A stretch of DNA of 54,790 nt from Reclinomonas americana ATCC 50394 (lineage: Eukaryota), in assembly GCA_048213135.1 (NCBI GenBank), contig PS015109.1:140327-195116 (forward strand), in the 5' to 3' direction. This document shows positions 1-11,337 of this stretch, piece after piece. Made by a program: the position numbers and the translations under genes. The notes beneath the pieces were generated by a model. That model had not been told where the DNA came from and ran no database searches. It saw only the letters and a program-made list of their open reading frames with translations. Position 1 is the stretch's first letter. Each line of letters opens with the position of its first letter.

Positions 1-841
1 AGAGAGAGCGAGAGGGAGCGAGAGAGAGCGAGAGAGAGCGCGAGAGAGAGCGAGAGAGAGGCGTCGTGGGGGAAAGAGGATAGCTGGGAGCGTGGAGAAT
101 ATCTCTCATTCCTTCTGGGATACGTCTGGTCGTTGGCGACAGTGAATGTGTGGGGTGAGAAATGGAGGGAGAGAGAACATCATCTGCGAATGTTGGAGAG
201 AGAGAGAGAGAGAAGAAAGCGCATCCATTATGCCTTCTCTGCGTTGGTGGCGATGTGGGAGTCATTCATGTACATCTCTTCTCTCTCTTCTCCCCCGTCT
301 TTCCAGCTTATTCTTTGTCCCTACAGGCTTGGCTGGTGATGCATGGAGCACAAGACGCACCATCCATCTCGTTTGCCTGCGCCGGTCTCTCTCTCCATCT
401 GCCTCACTTGCGTGGATCGTTGTTGTTCTTTGTTCTCTCATTACCGACGACGGGCAGTGTTTTCATGTGTGGCATCAACAGAGAGACTGCACATCATCGC
501 TGCTCTGTCAGTCGCCAGCAGGTGAACTCTGCCTGCTTCTTTGTTGGTCTGTCTCTCCCCTCTCTGTCTCCCTCACTTGTAGGATGTCCCTTATTTCTAT
601 TCTCCCAATGCCGGTGATGGACATGTGACACTGTCACTCTCCTCCATCTCAACATCAAGTTGTCTCTTTCATGTTGCTCTCTTTGTCCCTGGTTGTTACG
701 CAGAGGGGAAAGAGTACAGAGATACATGAGAAGAGAGAGAGTGTGCATGTGTGTGGCATGAGCTTGAATTGCTCGCTTGTCTCGATCATTCATATCATGA
801 CATGTGCGTGATCAGGTGACAGTGAGGGCGGAAGGATTGTT

Positions 842-1241
842 NNNNNNNNNNNNNNNNNNNNNNNNNNNNNNNNNNNNNNNNNNNNNNNNNNNNNNNNNNN
901 NNNNNNNNNNNNNNNNNNNNNNNNNNNNNNNNNNNNNNNNNNNNNNNNNNNNNNNNNNNNNNNNNNNNNNNNNNNNNNNNNNNNNNNNNNNNNNNNNNNN
1001 NNNNNNNNNNNNNNNNNNNNNNNNNNNNNNNNNNNNNNNNNNNNNNNNNNNNNNNNNNNNNNNNNNNNNNNNNNNNNNNNNNNNNNNNNNNNNNNNNNNN
1101 NNNNNNNNNNNNNNNNNNNNNNNNNNNNNNNNNNNNNNNNNNNNNNNNNNNNNNNNNNNNNNNNNNNNNNNNNNNNNNNNNNNNNNNNNNNNNNNNNNNN
1201 NNNNNNNNNNNNNNNNNNNNNNNNNNNNNNNNNNNNNNNNN
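842..1241. other. Assembly gap (others at 9007-9079, 41780-41864, 43960-44467, 46604-46785, 52315-52804)
   Basis: Runs of N, mostly next to microsatellites or inside the duplicated modules. Confidence 0.99.
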
Positions 1242-2156
1242 TTCTTCTCTCTCCTTTCCTTCCTCTCTACTACTACTCTCTCTCTCTCTCTCTCTCTCTC
1301 TCCCTTTCCCGTCATGCAAGCCGGTTGCAGTGTGAGCATGACCACGCTTGTGGCATGCTCTGTCATGTGACTAATATGGCCGGTGTACTTGGCCGAAAGC
1401 ATGGAGCGGCCGCCTGCATGTGTTGTCACATGCCCACCTTTCAGATGAGTGCCTCCATCTTGGAACTGTCACAGGCATGTACATGCTTCCTCGTGACAGT
1501 GGCGTGTTTTGTGATTGTTTTGTGAGTGTGATTTTGTGTGTTCCACTCGTTGTGTTCCTGCGTTTTGAGTCTCATTTGTCGAGGACGCATGAAATGAAAT
1601 AGTAAACAGATTGCATATCCATGTGGCGCGGTCGCTGAACCACGCAGACATTCACTGCCGCTTCTATTCTTTGCTTTCGAGATCACACATCAACGACAAA
1701 TGCTCAGAATATCCAGGACAACTCTTGTATCGTCTCCAACCAGTAAATTACGACGCGTGTGTGCTTCTGGAACTCGAAGAACGCATTCTCATCAAATATT
1801 TACATGATATGACGAAGTAGCACCGCAGTCGAATAAATGCGTAGTGATGAAGACGGCACGCTTGGCAACAACGACCTCCGCGGTGTCAAGGGGGAGCTGG
1901 ATCAATGGTAACCATCATCGGCGACAGATGCAATCAGAGGTAACTGCAAACATGCTATGCAGTACATCGTCAGATCGCTGTGGTTTCTTCGCACAGAGAA
2001 AGTGAGCAACGAGTGCATTACCTCGCGATGATCAATCAACACACACGGCATACAACTTGAGGGCGAAGATTACACGCGTGTCCACATCACATACGACCTC
2101 ATCGCAAACAAGCTGGTTTACATTCGAGGGTTCATTCAAGCTCGCAATGGTGCTCA

Positions 2157-5100
2157 TCACATGATGACGTCGGTGAAATCAGGCAAGAAGGAGCCGAGAA
2201 TGCGCTCGAGCAGTCCTTCACGACGGCGCACAAGTGGTGTACCCATCTTATGCGGAACAGGAGGCTGTTCATCGGGCGTCACTGCCACTGCAGACGCTCC
2301 CCGCTCATGGCCTTCCAGTCGGCGCACCTCTCTGCCACTCGCCAGTGACCACAGCCGTACAGTCTTGTCCCCACTGCCACTCACAATGTGCTGGCCATTG
2401 GGTGTCACTGCCACAGCCCGTACCAAACTGGTGTGGCCTTCCAGTCGGCGCACCTCCTCGCCACTTGCCACCGACCACACTCGTACAGTCTTGTCCTCAC
2501 AGCCACTCACAACGTGTTGGCCATCCTTTGTCACTGCCACTGCAGACACCGATTTCGTGTGACCCTCGAGTAGGCGCACCTCCCCGCCACTTGCCACTGA
2601 CCACACTCGCACAGACTTGTCCCAACTGCCACTCACAACGTACTGGCCATCGGGTGTCACTGCCACTGCATACACTTCACTCGTGTGACCTTCCAGTCGA
2701 CGCACCTCCTCGCCACTTGCCACCGACCACACCCGTACAGTCTCGTCTGCACTGCCACTCACAATGTGCTGACCATCGGGTGTCACTGCCACTGCATACA
2801 CCTCACTCGTGTGGCCTTCCAGTTGGCGCACCTGCTCGCCACTTGCCAGCGACCACACCCGTACAGTCCTGTCCACACTGCCACTCACAACGTGCAGACC
2901 ATCGGCGGTCACTGCCACTGCCATCACCCACTCCGAGTGACCTTCCAGTCGACGCACCTCCTCGCCACTTGCCACCGACCACACCCGAACAGTCTTGTCC
3001 TCACTGCCACTCACAATGTGTTGGCCATCGGGTGTCACTGCCAACGCGCACACCACATCCGTGTGGCCTTCCAATCGGCGCACCTGCTCGCCACTTGCCA
3101 CCGACCACACCCGTATAGTCTTGTCCACACTGCCACTCACGATGTGCTGGCCGTCGGGTGTCGCGGCCACTGCAAGCACCTTACCCGCGTGCCCTTCCAG
3201 TCGGCGCACCTCCTCGCCACTTGCCACTGACCACAGCCGTACCGTCTCGTCCTCACTGCCACTCACAATGTGTTGACCATCGGGTGTCACTGCCACAGCT
3301 ATAACCTCATCGATGTGGCCTTCAAGTCGGCGCACCTCCTCGCCACTGGCCACCGACCACACCCGTACGGTCTTGTCTTCGCTGCCACTCATAATGTGCT
3401 GGCCATCGGGTGTCACTGCCACTGCCCGCACGTCTCTCGTGTGGCCTTCCAGTCGGCGCACCTCCTCGCCACTTGCCAGTGACCACACCCGTACAGTCCA
3501 GTCCCAACTGCCACTCACAATGTGCTGCCCATCGGGTGTCACTGCCACTGCAGACACAAAGTTCGTGTGGCCTTCCAGTCGGTGCACCTCCTCGCCACTT
3601 GCCAGTGACCACACTCGAACAGTATTGTCCATGCTGCCACTCACGATGTGCTGGCCATCGGGTGTCACTGCCACTGTAGACACCTCGTCCGTGTGACCTT
3701 CCAGTCGGCGCACCTCCTCGCCACTTGCCACCGACCACACCCGTATAGTCTTGTCCACGCTGCCACTCACAATGTGCTGCCCATCCGGTGTCACTGCCAC
3801 TGCACGCACCCCATCCGTGTGGCCTTCCAGTCGGCGCACCTCCTCGCCACTTGCCAGCGACCACACCCGTAAGGTCGCGTCCTTACTGCCACTCACAATG
3901 TGATGGCCATCAGGTGTCACTGCTACTGCAGATACCCCGCCCTTGTGGCCTTTCAGTCGTCGCCCTTCCCCGCCATTTGTCAGTGACCACACTCGAACAG
4001 TTTTGTCCCAACTGCCACTCACAATGTGCTTCCCGTCAGGGGTGACGGCCACGGAGAACACAATGCCGGTATGACCCACCATCGGCTTTCTAGGCCAGGT
4101 CACGCCCGTCACATCTGCCCCTCTGAAATCCGCCTCCCTCCCGAAGGCCTGGCACAGATTTACACCTCGCAAATCCGCTCCACTCCACACCGTCCTGTGC
4201 ATCACCGCATCTCTCAAATCCGCACCTGGTGTTCGCACACCCGACAGATCTCGCCCACTGAACGAGACCTCGGCGAGACACAGTGCACTTGCCGCACTCG
4301 ACGACACGGCAGTGACTCTTTCCTCCGTGCGTGAAAGAGCAATCGCCTTCCACAGTACGTCATGGAGAGACTGATCAGCCTGCACTTGCTCGGCGACGAA
4401 CGACAGGATGGAATTAAGACCCTGCAGCCAGCGAAGAAGGGGTGAGCGCATGTCGCGAGAGTGAATGATGGAAAGGATGCACTCACTTCATCCGATGTGA
4501 GCAGTGTCCGCTGGCCACTGAAGCTGGCGCATAGTCTGTCGAGCCGATCCTGCACCGAGGTAGGTTGACAATCATGCAAGTGAGACAATCAGAGAAGCAC
4601 GACGATGCTCACCTCCAGCTCCACCTCCTCATTGGCTAACAATCGCACATCAGCCAGCCACGACTGAGCAGCAAAGTACTCTAGCACCGATTTGTGCATG
4701 AACTCCACACGCTGCTGCGATGCTCCAAGTCGACTCCACTTCAACAGCGCCTGTGTAGTATCTCGAATGAGAACGCAGGGAATGCATCGCTATGAGAGAG
4801 GAAACATTATGACGACGCAACAGCGCGAACAAGGGAGTTCTGCAGCGGATCATCACGATCAAACCATTTGTTCCACACATGTTGCTCTGCGACAGCTTGT
4901 TGAGTGTGCTGTGATGAATGAAGGAGAGTGAGCTACGAAACGCAGATGGAACAGGAATTGTAGCACACTTCTCGTGTTGAATGTACAGACCTCAAGCTTT
5001 CCCTGCCGCACAGATACCAAAGAGTGTTGCATCATCTCTCCAGCAAGCTCCGAGCAAAAGTCCCACACTCGGAGGCAAAAGTCCTCTTCCGATTCTTCGC

Positions 5101-8100
5101 CACCATACAACTGTGCAGAACGAACCTGTGAGCAGGCACGCATACCGCACTCTGATCAAGATCAACAATCAAAAGCGGACCTGACCAATGTGCACTTGGT
5201 GATGCTCAAACTCCCAGCGCAGTTTGTGTTTGGCAAACGCCTCGTACAACCGTGCACGAGTTACGCGCTTCATTGACGGTGCAGAGCCATCATTGCCACC
5301 GTTGCGAGGGTCCGCCCGCTCCAGGTCCTCCATCACAAGAACAATCATGTTCAACATCAGCGGCTGTTGTTGGACGGAGGTGAGGAGAGAGGAGAAGTGA
5401 GAACAGCAACCTCCTCCGGACTCACACATGAAACGCTGTTCTGCATTTTTTCTGTCTTTCAATAGTCATCCTCTCCAACATGTGCCATCACCGTGGCTCA
5501 CAGGACACCGCCTAACGCGCACTATCCTCCTACGCCTTTCTTCTTTCGTTCTCAGTGCGCTGACAAAGGCCACCACATTGTGTTCGACCTCTCCACTTCT
5601 GCATCGCATTATGGGCGCCAACACTCCACTGACGCAGGTTGTCACAACTAGCACACAGCACGCTCGCTCTCTCTCTCTCTTGTGCATCCGCACTGAATCC
5701 CTTCTCATTTCATGTTGTCGATGTGCAAATACACCAAACCACTTGGTGCACATTACTCTTCTGATACTGCACCCACGCCCTTCTTGTGTGACCTCTCTTC
5801 GCCGGAACTCCCGTCAAACTCTTCTCTCCGAATCGTGATCATCACAAAGCTAATGCAGGGCACCGCTTGGGCGACTATTATTCTTCCTCTTGTGCCTCTG
5901 GTGACCGGCACACCGTTCCCTTCTTGCATTGTCAATGTGACGCAGGACACCACTCTTCATCGGAACCTCTCATCTACTAAATTTTTGTCTCTCCGCTCTG
6001 TGTCATCATTGTGCAAGTGAAAGAAATCACTCTTTCCACTCTTCTCTCGCCCTCACGCTTCTACTTTGGCGCCGCAGATGGTGCTCACACGTTTTTCTCC
6101 GTCTGATAAATTTCTTCCTTTCTTGTTACTCTCGTTTGACACATTTCTCCCCACCTCAGCGTCCCATTCATCTCTTTCTATCTCCCACCACCATTGACTC
6201 ACCGACGATGCAAGTCCATCCAATCCAGGTGTACGCTGGATCTGCTGCTTGTACTGCTCACAAGAGCGCGGATGATCCAACCGCAACTCCACAAATCTAC
6301 TCGCACAAAGTGAATGTCGGCACCACGGCAATGGGGCGCTCAGTGGAATCTCACACGTAACTTTTGGAGGAAGAGATCAACGTCGTCCTTGGAGAACAAA
6401 CGCAGCATGCATCTCGCCAGCGTGCGCTCTGGTTGACGGAGGCGCTCGGCGCGCGACAGCTTCGGGTCCACAGGCACGAAGTGTCCCTCGGCCCAGAAGT
6501 TGCCGAGGCGACTGATGAACTCGCGCCGCACCGACACCACCAGCAGCACATTGGGCCAGCCCTGTACGTATACAGCAGAGTGGGTATTGCTCTCTTCATC
6601 GTGCGTCGCTTCACATAGAGTGGCAACGCAACGTCCAGTTCGTGGTTGACATACAAGTTGCCGGGTGCCTCGCCGCACTCGTCGTATCCGTCGAGCGCTA
6701 GCACGACGGTGCCGATGCGTCGGAGCTGCAGGGTACAGCTACAAGTGAGGCACGGTGGGGAGACAAAGTGAACAGTTTACAGGATTGGCGAAGGGGATGA
6801 GAGACCCACGTATACTGAGAGAAAGTGGGAGAACGACTGGAGACAAAAAAGAAAGAGGAAGAGTGGGAGCAAAAGCGAGACAAGGAGAAGAGTGGGAAAG
6901 GAGCACATAGAGAGAGTAGCGAAAACACTCAAGAGGAAAACAGAAAGAGAGATGAGAGAGAGCGAGACGGAGAATGGAGAGAGAAGACACAGATGAAGGG
7001 ATTGTGTGTGTGAGTGCAGAGCAAGAGCGAGACAAGGAGAATTGATGAGATCTCTAGCGAGGTGTGAGAAAGAAGTACAGTGACCGTGAAGAAAGATAGC
7101 CGTGAGGTGACCAGGAGAAAAGGCTGTGAAGAGAGCGAGAGCGGGATGAGGGACGAAAGAAGAAGACGGGGAAATCGATTATAATGAGACAATACAAATA
7201 GTGGGAGAGAGAGAGAGAGAGAGATAACCGCAGACGAACATTAAGACCCGATGCAGAAGCAAACTCAGCTCCAAACACATTATCATCCATGAAACAGAGA
7301 GATGAAGGCAGAGCTCGAGGTCACATGTGAGGGTGCACTTACCTCGTCCTCCGACACTTCCATCCTCGTGCCATCCAAAGCCTCGTTGGCCTCGCGCAGG
7401 AGGTAAGGCAGCAGCGCTCCTGGCTTGCGCAGCACTTCCTCGCGAGGAATGGCGGGAAGACGAGCCGACAACACCAACGTGTCGTCGCGCGCATGCAGGC
7501 GGGTCGTCAGCTGGCGCAGCAGCACGGACTTGCCACCGCCGGACCATCCCGCCACCACCAGCACCTGATGCAAGAAGATACAATGCGTAAAACAGTGCCG
7601 TCGCGAAGCACACGCGACTTGCGAGCAGGTCACAAGAGACAGGAGCTTGCAATAACGCAGCGCCGCAGCGAACGAGAATGCAAGCATTCAACTCACTCGC
7701 AAAGAGGGCGACGATGATGAAGAAGCAAGCTCGAAGATGGCATTGATGTCGATTAGAAGAGAGTATACGTGTGACTAAGTGAGCGTGCAATCGAGGAGAG
7801 TTGAACAAAGGCATGCGCGCGGCGAGGAAAGATCTAAAGAGCCGATGATACAGGAAGACATAGACAGGGGTGAACAGAGAGGAGCTAATCAATGCAAAAA
7901 TAGAGAGCAGGAGTAAGCAAGAGAGGAGTTTGAGAGAAGCAGGAGAAAGAGAAGCCGGCAGCGAACATATGTACAGAGAGAGGAGAGAGAAGGGGAGACG
8001 AAGAGAGGGCAGAGATGGAGGAGAGCGAAAAAGAGACAGCTTCAATTACAGCATCCACACACCTTGTCTGCCGGACTCTCACGGCTGACAAACTTGTCGA

Positions 8101-8551
8101 GCACATCGTCGGCCAGCTGCGCAGTGGCACGACCGCCCGCCGAGTCAGCCTCAGCTGTGGTCTGGTTGGCCCACAGCGGAACCTGGGAATGGCGAGTGCG
8201 TCAGTCGAGAGAACTTACGCACACCTCCTGCTCCCCAATTTCGACGAAACGAGGCACTCCATGGTGGAGAGGTTGCTCGGGTCGTTAGCCAGCGGGAGAA
8301 CGGCCTTCAAGGTGTTGGCCTCGTGGAGGGCGTGGATCTTTTGTTGGAGAGCCGAGATGGCTAGAGGTGCTGGTGCCGTTGTCGCCAATGGCGCTCCAGT
8401 TGGCGCCAATACGTACATGGAGGCCGACGGCGAAACGAGAGGAGATGGATGTCCCACGACGTCGGCGGCACGCGAGGCTCCACACCCGCCGCCGCAGAGG
8501 GCGAGGCGATGGGCACGAAGACGACGACGATGATGCGGCGAGTGAGTGATT
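2157..8551 (-). CDS. NLR-like STAND protein: NACHT NTPase + pentapeptide repeats + 14 WD40 repeats (spliced, about 1255 aa from ATG 8418; true start may lie further upstream)
   Basis: Manual GT-AG exon chain that stays in frame throughout: 8551(or ATG 8418)-8251, 8182-8063, 7564-7343, 6725-6633, 6561-6362, 6296-6203, 5363-5181, 5125-4991, 4908-4822, 4750-4613, 4549-4487, 4421-2157. Motifs: Walker A VLVVAGWSGGGKS, Walker B VVLALDGYDE, NLY..HELDGW..LLVVSVRREF, PLML, winged-helix FMHKSVLEYFAA, pentapeptide segment FSGRDLSGVRTPGADLRDA...ADLRGVNL...ADFRGADVTGV, then the WD40 array. Confidence 0.9.
2270..4085 (-). repeat. Tandem array of 126-bp WD40-coding repeats (14 complete + 1 partial)
   Basis: Unit LEGHxxxVxAVAVTPDGQHIVSGSxDxTVRVWSVASGEEVRR recurs every 42 aa with high nucleotide identity (e.g. 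ccttccagtcggcgcacctcctcgccacttgcca on +). Consistent with two 7-bladed propellers. Confidence 0.95.
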
Positions 8552-8814
8552 CTGGTGGGATGGAAGACGGAGAGAGAAAGAATACGGGAGAACGAGGTGA
8601 GGAAAAAAGGCGGGGATTCGAATTCCCCATGAGCTGAGGTATTCAGTTCCTTTTTTTGTGACAAGGAGTGCGAATAGTGTTACTGCAAGTGCACATTGCG
8701 GCGGCCCCAAAACCAACACGAAGGTTGTGCTCGAAGTGTCTTTCCTTTCTTTTTGATGAACGCCACAAAAGCAGAGGTTGACATCTTCGTTTCTCTACAA
8801 TCTCCCTCCCTTGA

Positions 8815-9150
<336 letters not shown>

Positions 9151-9209
9151 AGAGTGGGAGAGTGGGAGAGCGTGTGACAAGATGGTACACCCTTGTCACA
9201 CCGACGCAC

Positions 9210-9298
9210 CTGATACCCTGCAGTTGGGCAGTGGTGAACAGCCCACACTGCGAATCGTTGCTCGCCTCGTTCACCGCCTTCACCCCCTCCGTCTCCAT
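9210..9298 (-). CDS. Possible first exon of the NACHT-WD40 gene (METEGVKAVNEASNDSQCGLFTTAQLQGIR)
   Basis: ATG at 9298 and donor AG|GTGCGT at 9209. Phase 2 joins in frame to the acceptor at 8552 (ccag|A ATC ACT). No homology support. Confidence 0.3.
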
Positions 9299-10009
9299 AT
9301 CTCCCTCTCCGCTCTTCTCGCGTGCAGAGTGCACCATCGAAGTGTGTGTTTGTGGTCGCCAAGTTAGCCGAATAATGTGAGGCGCTGATGCAGGAATAAG
9401 TCTGTTGGGGGTTGTCACTACGTTCAGCGAGATGCCCCCAAGGAGCATGTACGCACACACACGCGCACGCGAACGAATGCACACAGACCGAGCGCGCGCA
9501 GCAAAACAACTGATGCAGTTGCATTGGTGATCCAGCCGACCAATGAATGGTTACTTGAAAAAAAAGGACTCGGAATTGCTCAGTGCAAGCATGTGCTTAA
9601 CAATTGAGGTTTCTGGTAATGAGTGGAACGTGTGGTTGACTGCAAGACCAATGTGTACGTGCCGGTTGTCAAGTATTTATTGGTGGCAAAACCATCGCTG
9701 CGCCTTGTGCTTCGTGTGCACACTTGAATTTATCGACCAGGTGGCATTTCGACTTTCTTTTTTACGGAACTCTCCTCTTCTAGATCAACAATCGTGTACC
9801 AAGTATCCACAACCCACTGCCGACAAGGACCGTGGCACACCAAACCTTGCTTTTTTCGTGATGTCTCAGATTCTGGCGCTCACTCAACATAGTGATCATC
9901 ATGAGGACACCAGCAAATGAAAGATGCCCCGTCTGGTCGTTCACAAGTGGAAACCACGCTCATGATCTTGATGATCGCAGTTGTGGACTTGTTCAGAGCT
10001 CCGAAAGCG

Positions 10010-10010
<1 letters not shown>

Positions 10011-10050
<40 letters not shown>
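10011..10050. repeat. (AC)n microsatellite
   Basis: 20 AC units. Confidence 0.95.
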
Positions 10051-10052
<2 letters not shown>

Positions 10053-10256
10053 GAAACCTACTGCTGCCTCAAGACCGGTGTTTGCGTTGACGTGTTGGAT
10101 ACGATTGGACTTCAAGACAGCTGTTGCTTGTTTGTTGGTGAATAAATTATTGTAGTTGTTGTTGTTATTCTCACCAGAGGAAGCCGCCGCCTTGGTGACT
10201 TATTTAGCTCCATTTTCTGTTCTTTCATCACACACTCCTTGTTCATTTCTTCTCGA

Positions 10257-11305
10257 CTACACCACATTGATCACCTTCACCACCGTTGCCGCCGTCGCCG
10301 TCGACAACAAATCTCGGAAGTTCCAACCTGCGCGGTACATGAAACCTCGCCTTGAGTAACCACACACCTCCTCGGCCACCGACTGGCGACAAAAAGAAAC
10401 ATCACCCTCACTCACCAAGGAATGCAAAGAACGCAATCTTCAGGGGCTCGTTGACCAGAATGTCTGCGACAACAACATGAAGCAACAAGAGGTCAGCAGT
10501 GTTCCGAATACAAAAGTCGCTCATGTCACCGTCGCACCTTGGGCCTGCAGTCACAGCGAGACACACTCATTTAGATTCAAGACAAACTCATTGTTGACAA
10601 GACAGGCTGTCACTCACCACTGGTGATTTGCAACGAGAAGCAGACATCGATCGTCATTCGATAGTACATGGAGAAAAGAAGAGAGTGAGGCAACAGCCAA
10701 TTGCGACACTTGTTGACACACATGCTTATCGTCTCACTCTCGCAACCCAAAGGCACAAACAATTTCATGTTTCTCCGCTATTTCTCTCTCCTCTTGCTCC
10801 TCTCCCTTCTTCAACCACTCTTCCCTTCACATATCTCTCTACATGTCTGTCTCCTCTCTCTCTCTCGCTCTGTCATATTGCTTCTTTCTTTCTGCATGCG
10901 CCCCTCTCCCTCCGCTTCTGTCACTCTCTCCCCTCCCTTTGCCTCTCCTCCCCTCCGCCCTCCTCTCCTTCACGCACCACTGTCACACACACAAACAACT
11001 CGTCAGCAAAAACATCGAGAAAAGAAAAGAGCAACAACACTTCCACACGCACCTTATTCCACATGCCGACGCAATGAGACCTCCATTGCCCGCCGCCTCC
11101 AAGTCCTTCATCACTCTGTACGACGCAAACACCTGTGAGTATCTCCAAAAGGCGCACGATACTCGCAACCACAACTCACCTCGACGCCGTGATAAGAGTC
11201 ATGATAATGAGGAAGGCTCCGGCGAGCCTGCAAGAAATTGACAAACTTATCAGTTCAGCTGTGTTAACTTTACTGGTATTGTAGCCCTCCCATCTTCTCC
11301 TTTTC

Positions 11306-11337
<32 letters not shown>

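Noticed and set aside
795-1429. ORFs spanning N-runs (also 43624-44556 and 52000-53088)
   Set aside because: They are open only because N codons are not stops.
1-2150. Possible gene or mobile element left of the WD40 stop
   Set aside because: Only short low-complexity ORFs, with no recognisable motifs, terminal repeats or consistent exon chain.
2270-4085. CRISPR-like pattern of conserved repeats with variable segments
   Set aside because: The period is exactly 42 codons within an open WD40 frame, the variable parts are only a few codons long, and the context is eukaryotic with no cas genes.
2161-4334. Many plus-strand and alternative-frame ORFs over the WD40 array
   Set aside because: These are shadow ORFs produced by the repetitive 126-bp coding unit; the minus-strand WD40 frame explains the sequence.
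10383-10415. A 33-nt terminal intron giving a different C-terminus
   Set aside because: An acceptor at 10328 gives an 88-nt intron typical of this genome and is preferred; the shorter one cannot be fully excluded.
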